From assembly GCA_002633005.1 (NCBI GenBank), contig NMRA01000881.1, positions 1 to 64,000 on the forward strand: a DNA stretch of 64,000 nt, given 5' to 3'. Under the pieces are notes generated by a model, which saw only the letters and a program-made list of their open reading frames with translations, made no database searches and was not told the DNA's origin. This document shows, one piece after another, positions 50,721 through 62,871 of this stretch. The stretch's first letter is position 1. Each line of letters opens with the position of its first letter. A program made the translations under genes and the position numbers. Origin of the DNA: Phoronis australis (taxonomy: Eukaryota > Animalia > Phoronida).

Positions 50721-52885
50721 GCGATCGAATGAGGGAGTGTTGTGAATTTTAGGTACGTAGGTAGATCTTCTCAAGACCTGTATGCTGTGTGCCACGGGTT
50801 TCTCGCTCCCACTTATTGTTATCAACTTGTTGGAGTTCTTAATTTCTTCCCTTCTAAGTTTTTTATTCGATTTCGCAGGGTGGCCCGTTTGGCCCAATTT
50901 TAAAGTTAAATTATCTCACATTGCTAATGTTTTACATGTATCCTCGACATCCGGCTTTAGACCACTATTGTATCAATGACCACTGCATTTCCCAGCGGAA
51001 ACGAAACCCCTCACCCCCACCCCATCCTTAGGACATTTATAAATGAATTATCATCAAATTCGAGTATTGCTGAGTTGAGATTTACGAAATAAACTTGTAC
51101 TGAAACTTGCTTTCAATCTATCAAAATCTTAATTATTCCTCTTCAGTAAAGCCAGGTCTTGCTTTTAGTAATGATAGATCTCGGAGATGGAAATTAATGA
51201 AGATTAAGTAGGTCCGAGAACACAGCTATCAGTTGTGCAGCCCCTTATTAAATTCATCATAGCTTTGGCGAGTATCAGAACTAATTAATTATTCAAATAA
51301 CGGGTTATAATAGATTAACGGGACAAAAGTCGAACAACGTAGATGGTAATTAAACCACGTTTAAAGTGGCATAGAAGCCTTTTAAATATAACGGTAATAT
51401 TAGCACTATTATACCAATAATAATAATCATATTTCTAATAATAGTAAAAAAGTAATAGCGGTACTCTTTTTTATTTTACAAATGTCCAAAAAAACAATGC
51501 GTTTGCATGCATTGCGCTTAACATCATTTACATGCGTGAATACACATTTCTCATTCCGTCAAAGTTTTAAAGAAAAGAAGTAGTTTTTCAGATAAAGGAA
51601 CGCAACACTAAAGAGGAAACACCAACATCGTGCTCGCTAAGTTTGCATAAATTTTTTGATAAGGTAATTACCTTTCAATGAGATACATAAAATTCTTTGT
51701 TAAAGGAATATTATGGGTTTTACGGCTGTAAAACGCATTTTGCGGATTATTGTTGGATGAGATAGGCTTCTGAAAGTTATTAGCTATGATTAGAGCTATA
51801 AAACAACAAAATCCGCTCTGCTTTTGTGATTTTGTCGCAAATCGCCAATTCCCTCGGTTGTTTGCCTGTTAAAGCGTCTAAAATACTCTGTCATTTATCA
51901 AATGGGATTTCACTCCCCTGGATGAGCGGTTGACTGCGCCAAGGGGGGTTTGCAGCCTTTTGCGTTCACGCTTTTTTTAACCTCACTTTTGTTGCCGATA
52001 ATGCATCTTGAAGCACAAGTAAGCAACTAAGTATGTAATTCACAAGACAGGGTAATTAAAAATGACATAATTTGCGATGATGAAGAATGAACAAAATGTG
52101 GAAAGTTGAATAGAATTATACAAGCCCGTCTCAACAGTTGGTCAGAGCTTTTCCATAAAACACGTTTCCATTTACTTATGTGAATGTGTGTTTGTGTTGC
52201 TTTTACTTTCGCAAAAATGCGAAGCAAATGAACAATTTTCAACCTAAGCAGAACACCTTGCAAAAGACTTGGTCAGCATTTGGTTTCGTAAATTCAAAAC
52301 CTATCTTGGTGATTGCTCGTCATTGTTGGTTTTTCATGAATTGAGTTTTTACGCAGACTGCGAACCTGATGGTTCAGCAGTCTTCATAGACCATCACCTC
52401 TTTCCCCACCGTGTTCGGCAGGCCCACGAGCTGAAACAAGGGAAAAATTAAGAATGTCTGCAACCACAATGTCACATTGCGAAAAAAAGGGTTTGTTCAG
52501 CAATCAACTATAGAGGCTGAGAAATAATTACAGTGATGGGCTCATTAAATGACCATAGATTCTCATCTAAAATTCTAATGATATTGATTCACAGCAGCTG
52601 ATTCACAGAACGCCTTTGTAGGTTAATCTCCAGAAGACTGGGTTGTAAGGAAACGATTGTACACATTTCTTCTAGAATTGTAGACTAGTGTGTGTAAAAT
52701 GTGTGTTATTTTCACCCTATGTCATAACAAGTGTATATTATATCTGAAACAAACACACTCGTAGGAATCGTAACGACCTGAACAATTTCCGTTGAGAAGA
52801 ATGCGCCCTTTGGAGATGAGAAGTAATACGTCACACAGAAGTGAAAGCGTCCTCCAAAATTCTGAATTGCATTATTCCATTTCTT

Positions 52886-53053
52886 TCACAGACCGGCTTC
52901 ACTTACTTGACTTCGCCGGTTCCGCCGGATCAACCGGATGAAGCAGCTGATTGGTATGCAAGCCGGAAGTTGCCATCAACAACCAATCATGCATATCTCT
53001 TAGCTGGTTCCCCCGGCGGAACCAGCGAAAGCAATCAAGTGCACCGAGTGTGA
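52886..53053. mobile_element. Small fold-back MITE
   Basis: TCACA..CACTT..TTCGCCGGTTCCGCCGG / CCGGCGGAACCAGCGAA..AAGTG..TGTGA; inner TGATTGGT / ACCAATCA. Confidence 0.55.
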
Positions 53054-54356
53054 CATCAGTTTTTTAATCAGCCTGTTTATCAGCTGCACAACTAAAACTA
53101 CGTGAAAGATTTTCATACTGTAAAAACTCTAAATAAGGCTACTATTTGCACCCTCATCGATGTTTAGTACTTTGTTAATATAGGACTGCATTATAAATGC
53201 TCTCTGATTAAGGTAAATTATCAAATTTCTAAAACAATCGGTATATTTATTACGCATTTTCTTAGTACATCCCAAGAAGTCCTCAACGTGTCAGTTCTTA
53301 TTTTTCTATGCGCAAAGGTTGCTGGGATTTTTATTTTGGAATCGGGGCAAACGTTCCCAAGCAAAATGCCTGTAAAGTAAGCTATGTTTGGGTGTGATAG
53401 TCAGAGCAACCAAAAGGACAGGTATGTTTAAATCGGGTTAAAGGTCTTGACTAATACTTGCAGACTTGGTAAAGTGTGTAAAGGTATGCCAGTGTGGTCA
53501 AATTTCATCAATAAGACCAATGCGTAACAATGTTAATCTTTTACGGTACAGAAAAACATTCCGCCACAATCCGAAGATCGCATACCAACTAAGTAGGCGT
53601 AAAAAAATTTACAGAAATTGTTTGAGTTTATCTGATTATTCATCTTCCAAACAGTGACACCTGATCATTTCATCTTTTGAATAATTTAGTTTCTATTTTA
53701 AGTTAAATCGACCCCTGCATTCTTTAAAACAGGAAATTTCCGAAACGACGTCCAGGGCGGGAGATTTTCTGAGAACACGCCGGGCACGGAAATAAGGGCT
53801 TTCGTTCGGAAAGAAGCCAACTTTTGTGCGCTGCACGCCACATGCCGAGTATTACAATGATATTCCATTAACGGTAAAACATGTTTTCTTTCAATCAATC
53901 AATTTTATATCTGTAATAAAGGCCAAAGGCCCATCGTGCAAAAACATTTAGATGTTCAAGCAAGTAACGAATTCTTAAGAAATTGAAAAGGTGAGGTATA
54001 TTTAAAAAGGTTAGATTGTTGTTCTGTATCATTTATTGAAATTAGTGAATTTATGAAGAAGTGTGCTTGCGTGCAGTAATACGTGTTAATGTACTTTTCT
54101 CTAAGCTGAGTATAAGTATTAAATAAGAAAATGGTATTCCTCCTCAATAACATTGTGTCAGAAGGGGCCTACTTTGCCTGCCCGGTCAAAAGTGTCTACC
54201 TACGTCAATTAACAGTTTCTTATTTGAACAGAAATTGGTTTGAATAATTAGCATTTTTAAATCAAAATAGAGCTTTTGTCGTCCCAAACGAAAAGTACAA
54301 TTCAGTCTTAAAGTTCAAATTACTGAGTAAAATGCGTTAACCCCAGGTTTTTTCTT

Positions 54357-54418
54357 AACACTCACAAAAACTTTCTGAAACTCTAATAATTAGAGTTTCA
54401 GAAAGATTTGTGAGTGTT
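54357..54418. repeat. Near-perfect 62-bp palindrome
   Basis: AACACTCACAAAAACTTTCTGAAACTCTAAT-A-ATTAGAGTTTCAGAAAGATTTGTGAGTGTT. Confidence 0.9.
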
Positions 54419-54627
54419 CTCCACGACCTGTTTCGACTCGACGCGGTAACGGGTTTGGATTTTGCCGCGTCGAGTTTGGGGAAAGCGCGTCAAGTTTAAA
54501 AATTGCCGCGTCAGGCTTAAAATCTTGGCTGGCGACTGGCGTGGTACTTCAGCCCTCAGCATCTAATCTGAGCCTGATTTTACCAACAGTAAACATAGTT
54601 CACTTTACCAACAGGCAGTTAACAGTA

Positions 54628-54705
54628 CCGTATTCGCCGTAATAAGGCGCCCGGGTCCCTTCGTAATATTCTTTTCGGGAGGAGGCGCTTATTGTAACCC
54701 GGGCC
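54628..54705. mobile_element. Orphan left end of a TA-CCGTA (pogo/Tigger-type) element
   Basis: TA|CCGTATTCGCCGTAATAAGGCGCCC with an internal GGCGCTTATT inverted motif; no right TIR found. Confidence 0.45.
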
Positions 54706-55787
54706 AAGGCGGTTAAAACCCGGTCTCCGAAACGGGAGAAATCGGAAGCTAGGCTTCATCAAATTTACGCTGTGTGATGTATCTGTAGCCTATGACAGGT
54801 TTCTACAGAACTGTGGCGCATTGCTATCAAACTTCGTTTATAAATTACGATCATTTTACAGAAAATTGTGCTAAAAACCCTGGGCGAAAACTCGCCAAGG
54901 CGCCGCTGCCTCGCGATCGTCGACAGGGCAGATTGAATAAAAATATAGTTTCGACTCAGCAAATTACCTGAAATCTTCACTTAAGTTTTCTAAATAGCGT
55001 CCCTAAGATTTTAAGTTCCTGTGGAGTCGGTATTAGGAAAAGGATAAGTTCAAATCTGCGCAAGATCGTACCCAGCAACATGAGAAAAATCTCTGGACGA
55101 ACGCACGTGTCGTAGTCACGTGACCTTTGTTTTGAAGATCGTCTGCGTATGTGAGTGAGCGAGCGCGTGCGTGTCATCAGCGTTCATTTGCCGGAGTAAA
55201 CCCAATGTAAGGCTTTAGGTGTGCTAAAGAAATAATACGAGCAGTATCACGAGAACGCGTTTTATTCAGCACTTGCTGATCGCATGTAGACTCCGGTGAC
55301 CTAAAGTCGTGATTATAAGCACATCTACTATTAAAACGTGCGAGAATTGTCTCGGTTGGGCCTAAGGCCGAATGTCATTGAGCCGCCGGGTGACTGGATG
55401 TGTGACAGTCTGAGTTATTTTCCAGGACATTCTGGGGCGGAGGTGTCTACTATGAGTGGGTAATTTTACTAGATACTTTACTTTAAAAACACCAGTTATG
55501 AATACATTAAAAAGTGATTTTAAAATAGAGCAATCGCTTTTAAAAATAACGTAACAGTTTTACGGCATTAGAAACTTTCTGAAATTAGTGCCAATCTTTA
55601 TTTCTTGCCGATGTGCTACCCGAAAACTAATGTCCGCGATGACAAGTGACACGTATATAGCGCGCGCTTCCTGGCCGTGTGCTTTTAGCAACCAGTTTTT
55701 TCTTCATGAGACCGTCGTTAGCTAAATGAGTATGTCGAGTACAATTCGCGGTTTTCACGTGTAGGCGCTACAAAGTGTTAAAGAGTA

Positions 55788-56418
55788 GGTCACACCTAAC
55801 CAAGTTCAGTGTACAATTTTTGAAACATATATAAATACGTTAAGGCTACAGACTAGAGAAAAGACAGTATTGACTACTGATATTGAACTCTAGAAATTTG
55901 CGTCAAGTTTGGAATTGGTATTGTGGAGAACATCAGACTGGTGTATGCAAATCTCTTCTTTTGAAAGGGCGCTCTTCCTGAACCAAGTTAAGCCTTAAAT
56001 AGTCTTACAACGACATTATCGTTGAGTGTTAAGAGTTTACTAGCTATAGTTTTAGTTCTACATGTTTCATTTTGCTGTACTACTTGTTTACTATAAGATA
56101 ATCCTTGATTGGCATGCCCCATGAAGTCAGGTAAGTGATGGCATAATTTGTTTACAATGGAACACTAGAGAATGTTCTAATGAATTCTAGCATGTTAGTG
56201 ATTAACACGGAATCGTTGTGTGGAACATTCTAGAGCCTGGTATATGTTTGCAGAATGATTGCGTAGACTTTGAAAAGTTCTAGAATGTGGTTGAATGGAT
56301 GAAAACTTCCAGAACATTGTAAGAGAACCAGGCCCCTTGTAAGTTGAAGTCAGTTGACTTGAGATGAAACAATAAATGTGTTAACCTGCGCCCACCCATC
56401 AACGGGTAAAACGTGACA
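55788..56418 (+). mobile_element. Possible solo LTR with clustered heat-shock-element-like motifs
   Basis: GTCAC...GTGACA short inverted ends; GAATGTTC, GAACATTCTAGA, GTTCTAGAA, TTCCAGAAC; AATAAA near the 3' end; no TSD. Confidence 0.35.
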
Positions 56419-57967
56419 GGGGGAGAAATCTTTTTTCTGATATCAGTCCCAGAGCGGAATTGAACTTGCATAACTCTCACGTTGCAGCCAAATACTCTCT
56501 TGTGGCTGAACCAAACCCCACTCAATGTGTGGTAGATATTTTAAGTGTATTTATCTCAGCGGTACAGTTCCCGGCCTTGATTTCAGCGAATTTCTGACAG
56601 ACAACGACGAGAATTGGCGATAAAATCACAAAAAGCACGACAGATTTTATTGCTTTGTAGCTGGGGTCAAAGGTGACAATGTCAAAAAGTCTTTCGTACT
56701 CAACAATAGTCCCAAAGCTGCGTTTTTCTGTGGTAAAAAATGATTCTGTCCCTTTAAATGTGTTATGTCTTTAGAACATTTTTCGGGAAGCTCCTTCAGG
56801 CAAATGGGGAGATAAGTGTGATTTATTATCGGCCAGTCGGTGGCGTTACAACATAGTGTAAGGAAACTAGTTAATCTGAACGAGTGTGGGTTATTTAGAG
56901 GATATGAGTCCACTTGTCAGTGTCATCTTAAGTGTTTGCATTTATCGAACTCGTAAACTGAATAATTTGAAAGTAGGAGTTCAAAGTCGTTTAAAGTTGC
57001 ATGCCCTTATTTTGGCAAATGAGGCGGCTAAGATTCAAAGTAAACACGATTTTTATCAGTTGTACATCGAAACCAATCACAATTTTGATCAGGTTACAAA
57101 CATCTGGAAAAGTTATGTCTTTGCATTCCCTTACAATAATCGCCAATCTGGTTTAAATATTTTGCGATTATTGTTAGAGAATGCATGAACAAACTTCTTT
57201 GGGATTTTTTTACCTACTCGAAGATCATGAAAGATTCGTTGTTTCGGTCTACAAAATACGAAAATGTCCGTTTCATTTGAATTATAATTGTCTCATTAGC
57301 GAATGTTGGGTCCAGCAAGTTTGAGTAGGCGAACGCTCATTTAAGACGTTACGCAAAATTACGCGTGTGTTCCGACTGCCGGATATGACGAGCGTCTAAG
57401 CAAGAGTGACCATTCATATTCCTGAGGCATTCTGGCAGATGAGCTTGTCTTAATCTGTGCACTTGCTGGCTTCCATTTCACTAAGTGGGAGAAGTTGGTG
57501 TACCATAACGTCAACGACAAAATAATGTAGACCACGTTCCTCTTTATAATATTATCACATGTGACAGATGCGTATATAATCGTTAATGGTTGAGCTATGT
57601 AAATCCCAGCAGCAATGTAATATTACTAAATTTCCATTGGCCTTGTAAACATGTAAATGAAAAACGCCTTCTGCACAACTCTGAAATCGACGAGTTTACG
57701 AGACTAGTCCATAGGGAAAGCTATTCTGTGGAGGTCGGTACTACTTAAGATATTGGAAGGATTTTGGTTACATTCAGAGCACACGGAACGAGCACAAGAC
57801 CTGCAGGCGCTTCATTTGAGAAAAGTTTTGCTCCCCTTTTGCCTCTCGTCATTGTTATTTCTTCCCTTGTTCGGCCTGTCGTCATCATTTACACCTCCGC
57901 CTTTTCTCGGTCACACCTGCTTTCCGACTTCTTCGCCCTTACCTCTTCCAATGCCTGTCAACACAGG

Positions 57968-58036
57968 TTTCTCTCTCTCTCTCTCTCCCTCTCCCTCTCC
58001 CTCTCCCTCTACCTCTCCCTCCTCTCTCTCTCTCTC
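57968..58036. repeat. CT/CCCTCT microsatellite
   Basis: Directly visible polypyrimidine simple repeat. Confidence 0.95.
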
Positions 58037-58395
58037 ATTGCTTTCATTTAGTCTTTTGGCATAGTATTTGTCATTTTGTCTTAATAACTTAATTGACTTT
58101 TAAATCAACCCCAGGTAAAGGATATCTCCCTATACAAAAACACTCTATGAAACCACTCACATCGCCTACACGAAGGCGCCAGATTTATGCATACAATTTG
58201 GATTTAACAGTAATGGAGGGAAATGCCAATCCGGCATCGAGTTGTTTCAGTAAGGTCGGAAAGAGTGTCAGCTCACAAATTGATTAAGTAATTTTTAAAG
58301 CTTATGTTATACGACTCAACCATTCCCCAATGATCTCCTGTGGTTTTGTGGATACATTCACTGTGAAGAATAGAGTGTAGATACTCAACCGTGGT

Positions 58396-58716
58396 TCAAA
58401 AGCTCAATTCTGTCTTGATAGCTAGTGTGTTTCGGACGGGGGTTTCTTTCAGGATCTTTGAGAAAGCACCCTCAGCTTGCTTGTTGATATTGGTTTCGAC
58501 ATTACGAAGCATTTTCACTTTCCGAGATTGGCTGTCCGTATTAAGCTTATTTACTTGGATGCAAACTTCGTTGAAAACACAACTAAACTTTTTTGTTTGA
58601 AAGCTTGATATAGAGTCGCTCGTAATGTCGAAACAATCTTCTGCGCAGCTATGTAGCAAAACACCGAGACACATAACAAACAAACAAATTGAAACACGAG
58701 CTATATTTTGAGACAT
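58396..58716 (-). CDS. Putative secreted protein, 106 aa; frame extends through two TGA codons to 58204 (170 codons)
   Basis: ACCATG start; n/h/c signal peptide MSQNIARVSICLFVMCLGVLLHSCA|EDC; no homology recognised. Confidence 0.55.
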   Translation of the reverse strand: MSQNIARVSICLFVMCLGVLLHSCAEDCFDITSDSISSFQTKKFSCVFNEVCIQVNKLNTDSQSRKVKMLRNVETNINKQAEGAFSKILKETPVRNTLAIKTELSF

Positions 58717-61700
58717 GGTGTCTTATCATCAGAAAATAAGTGGAATGGAGAAATACCCGAAGCGAAATAAACAGTGAAATACACGTGACAGCAGGAAGAT
58801 GAGAATACAAGCAGTGTGTGAATGTATAACACGGTAGGAAACCCGCAAGCCTGATGAAACAGAGCCAGCGTGCGGGCTGTGAGCTGCTCATTCAAAACAC
58901 GTTTTTCATGACTGATCAACAGGGACTCCAAAATCTTTAACCTAAATGTGTAATTTTCAACATAACGAATGATGGTATTGTCCACTATTTCTTGCCTAGT
59001 TAATTTTCGGTCGTGTTGGTTTACAAAATAATCTTGAATGGACCCACCCTGAAAGTGCAACCGTCGCGAGAGTGAACACACCGCTGGCTGTTCACTAGAA
59101 GGACATGACGTGCGGATTAGTAAACAGTATTACATTTGGCCACTGGTCGTGGTATTTCACTACTGGGTTTGTTTGTCATGACAAAGTGATGTGGCTTTAT
59201 TTTCTGATCATAAATGGTTACATTCAATCCATCACCAGGTTTGACCACCCCAATGTCATCCGTTACAATCTTCTTAAGCACATGTTCAAGACATACTGTT
59301 CCTAAAATACACGTTCTTAGTGGTACTAGTACTAGGTTCAGTGTTTACAAGCGGATCAATCCTAGATATGAAAGACCCAACATGGTTATCAACAAAAGAA
59401 TTAATATAACCATTCTTAACTAGAACTTCTTTTATGTGTTAAACATTAACGTTGAGTGCTTGGCGCGCCCTCTTGAGGTAAGTAGTCAGAACTGCTAGTT
59501 TGTGTCTTTCAGGGCATAGCCCTCACATAGTATTAAAATGTCTATGGTTCAGGCTAGTCATTTTTAACATGTAAACAGGCATCAATAGTTGTAGGTTTAT
59601 GATAAACTGAAGTATGAGATCCACCGTCAGAATAATGTACAAGGACATCGATAAAAGCCAACTTTTCACAGAAGGCAATTCATGCATGAATACTTGGATA
59701 CTGAAAAAACTGTTGCGTCACTGCTATGCGAAGCAACTCAACAAACTTACAAATACTCAAGGACGAAACTTATGATTTTATTTTGGAGTGTGTGTAACCC
59801 AATATGCCCAACAGCTGCTATCCGCCCAAAAACCTAAGGAGACGGAGTGGAAACATACAAGTTTGATATTAAAGGCAATTTAACTACTGATCGTAGGCTT
59901 GAGTATGAAAAATTTTATTAACCTTTAGTGATTGAATAACTCGAAAACTTTCCCAGTATCAAAACATACATTACAGTTCGATTGGCTGGCATACCAATGC
60001 CTTGGCCAAGGGTATCTTATTCGAAACTCATTAAACATTCATGCCGTCGGTAGTATTCGAGTACAAATGCGAAAGTTTATTCGAAGCACGTCGTGAAATT
60101 ATTAAGTTTTAGAGTCGAGCTCCGAGCCTTGACGTCGTCGAATGTGCATTCCTCCGTTTTTTCGGCTCAGAACCTATGCCATGGTATCGGTCAAGTGTTT
60201 TTATTTTGCAAGTAGAACCAAGTCATCTAGTAGTCTTTCACTGCTCATTGCAGAGTACAGAGAGACAACTTTTGTAAGCATATAAAGATATCCGCCTTGT
60301 TTTATGACAATCCAAAGCTGTTGAAGTTTAGTCAAATCTTGTTGGCATTCGCATTATTCTTTTGCCTATGAACTTTGCTCCGACTGTTTAACTGGAACCT
60401 AGCATTAACGGTTAGCTCTTACGACGCTACAAGTGCATTACATTGTTTCTTCTGAACATCATATGTCAAAAACAAGAGATCGGATTTGTATGAAACATTC
60501 ATATACTATGCTTCATGCACTAGTCTCAGAAATGATGAGGATTTATTTTTAAAGTGATCCAATTTTGCATGAGGAGCTATCAATAAAGGTTTGCAAATTT
60601 TTTACAAAAAAATGAAAAGTTTCATGAAACGAGAACGAGCCGATAACTTAAATAACTAACAGAATTTCGAGATTTCATCTCGAACATTTACATATATGTC
60701 AAATAACATTTGGTAGGACGTTATTGATACCGTTGTTCGACAATGGTTGCTAAATTTTGATAAAAATGTAGCGGTAGATTGGTATAATGTCAAAAACCAA
60801 ATTTCACAGGCTCTCTGCTTTCAGAGAATAGATATTTTTCTTGAGTTAAATTTTATATTTTTTAGGTATTTGACTGGGTGCACAGACTTGTTGGTAAAGT
60901 CTTACGTAACGTTGGGGAAAGGGATTTTGTTTCGTTAGCATACCGTTGGACGGACTGCGTGTGCGATTACGCGATGGGGTAGATCTCGGAAAATGACTTT
61001 TCTCGTCGATAATGTGATTAATGTCTTCATCTGTTGCTTTGTGATAAGAGGTTTTACTTTTCATGACCACGTGCACGAACATTACAGCAAAAGCAAGCTC
61101 GGATGTCAACATTTTTCTCATCAATGGGTTGCTTAACTTGCGTAGTGTCATGTACCGGCGATTTCCGAACGAACCCTCAGTGACTGCACTTAAGATAACA
61201 ACAATCATCTTAGTGGTGGCGACTTCGGAAGCGATGATTTGTTTCTTCTTCCTAGATTTTAACTTAGGTTGGCTTAAAATAGAATGTGTTTCGTAGACGG
61301 TAGAATTTCGCGAAGAAAGCAAGTATGATCACGTGCTTTCCTTGTTACACACGATCATCTATCGCGCAGTCGTGTACGATCTCTCGTTTTGCTAGTTTCT
61401 CGCATCTACGGAACCCATGCCAAGTTCAAATTCATTTTATCAGAAGTTTGGCTACTAGGAAAGCAGTACGGCTTCAGCTCCATTGACAAGTCACTGGTAC
61501 ACGTGAAATACTTCAACTGTCCTTTTAAGGGCGAAACTTGAGGAAATCATGACATTTTGTCACATGTCCAATAACTTTGTCGCGTTCAGACAATGCAAAG
61601 CGATCCAGAAAGAGCCCGTATAGTCCTTGTTTCCGAAAGAAACATGGGGGCATTACTTGTATGTTGGTACGGAATACCCGGTGTGTGGCCAGTACCAGCG

Positions 61701-62405
61701 ACTTACTTAATAATTCTATGACGAAATTAATTGAGCTCGCCGAAAATAAAATTTAACCCTGTTGTACGTCGATTTGAAAATTGTTTAACTTTGAAATAGC
61801 ATCACTTCCTATTCCTTTAAAGAGGCCTGGAACGCGATAAAAAGACCAATTTACAACATTGAAAGTGGTTATCTTTACTAATACAGAATTTAATCAGCAC
61901 ACCGGGTATTTTTACATTTTTTCTTAAAGATTTTTAATTTCTTTTGATAGCAAAGCATTTTATTTTAGTTTTAAATTTCAAAAAACGATCTATCTGTCGA
62001 CTGCTCGCCACTTCTCCCACAATGCAAAGCCGTCTCCTTACTTGGTATGGCAAGACATAGACTAACACACATTTCTCTTATATGAACAATGTGACCTTTG
62101 ACCTCAAACGGCTTCAAGAAATTGACTGTGAACCCATGTGCGCATTTTTCGTAAGTAGAAGGGGGATTACAAATTCTGTGGTGACCACAGAGTTTTTCCT
62201 AAGCGGTAAATTTCGAAAAGCGTGAATTTTGTGGGTTTTTTGGAAATTTCCTCACAGGGAAAGTGATTTCCTCTGAACTAGACGTTGCGAGGTGGTACTT
62301 TCGTCAGGAATTGTTTAGATGATAGTTTTGAAGAGCTTTCGAGTTCTATGTCTCTTTTAACATCTAGTGCGTACCTGCTGAATCAGGTTAATATGACCTA
62401 AATAC

Positions 62406-62871
62406 CAGGGGGGAATCAGCAATTGGTCGGTTTTCAAAACCACTTGTCCGGTTCAGATGGCAGGAGTGCAGAAACCAATGGCCGGTGTTCTAACGTGGTG
62501 GTCGGACCTCAAAACGCGATGTCCGGTACCTCAACACCAGATGGCCGGGAACAAAATATGATTGTCCGGACCTAAAACGGGTTGGCAGGTGTTGAAACAC
62601 AATGGCCGAACCAGTCGCCAGTTTTGAACAAAACAAACAAACGGGTACGACAAATAAACACTTGATATCACGTGAATCCTTCAAGACATTCAAAACGATA
62701 CCGACTATCATGGTTTGGGTCCAGCCAACTAGTTTCTTAGGTGAGGCCATAGTGTTTTGAAGTCCGCACAACACGTTTGATCACTGGCCATTTGGTTTTG
62801 CAATCCAGCCGACTAGTTTTGAAGTCCGGGCAAGCGGTTTTGAAGTCCGACCAATTGTTGATTCCCTCTTG
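62406..62871. mobile_element. MITE with CA...TG termini (P/hAT-like, unclassified)
   Basis: TIRs of about 45 bp, CAGGGGGGAATCAGCAATTGGTCGG..CAAAACC / GGTTTTG..CCGACCAATTGTTGATTCCCTCTTG; internal CCGGAC.TCAAAAC subrepeats; TSD unclear. Confidence 0.8.

Noticed and set aside
57753-58064. 103-aa and 95-aa ORFs
   Set aside because: Open because of the CT microsatellite; low-complexity translation; non-ATG starts
58030-58200. SECIS element downstream of the TGA-containing ORF
   Set aside because: ATGA...AAA...GA motifs are present on the minus strand, but I could not form the required paired helix
51700-61820. 10-kb Kolobok bounded by TTAA-AGGAATA / TATTCCT-TTAA
   Set aside because: Only 7 bp of TIR match and no transposase between the ends
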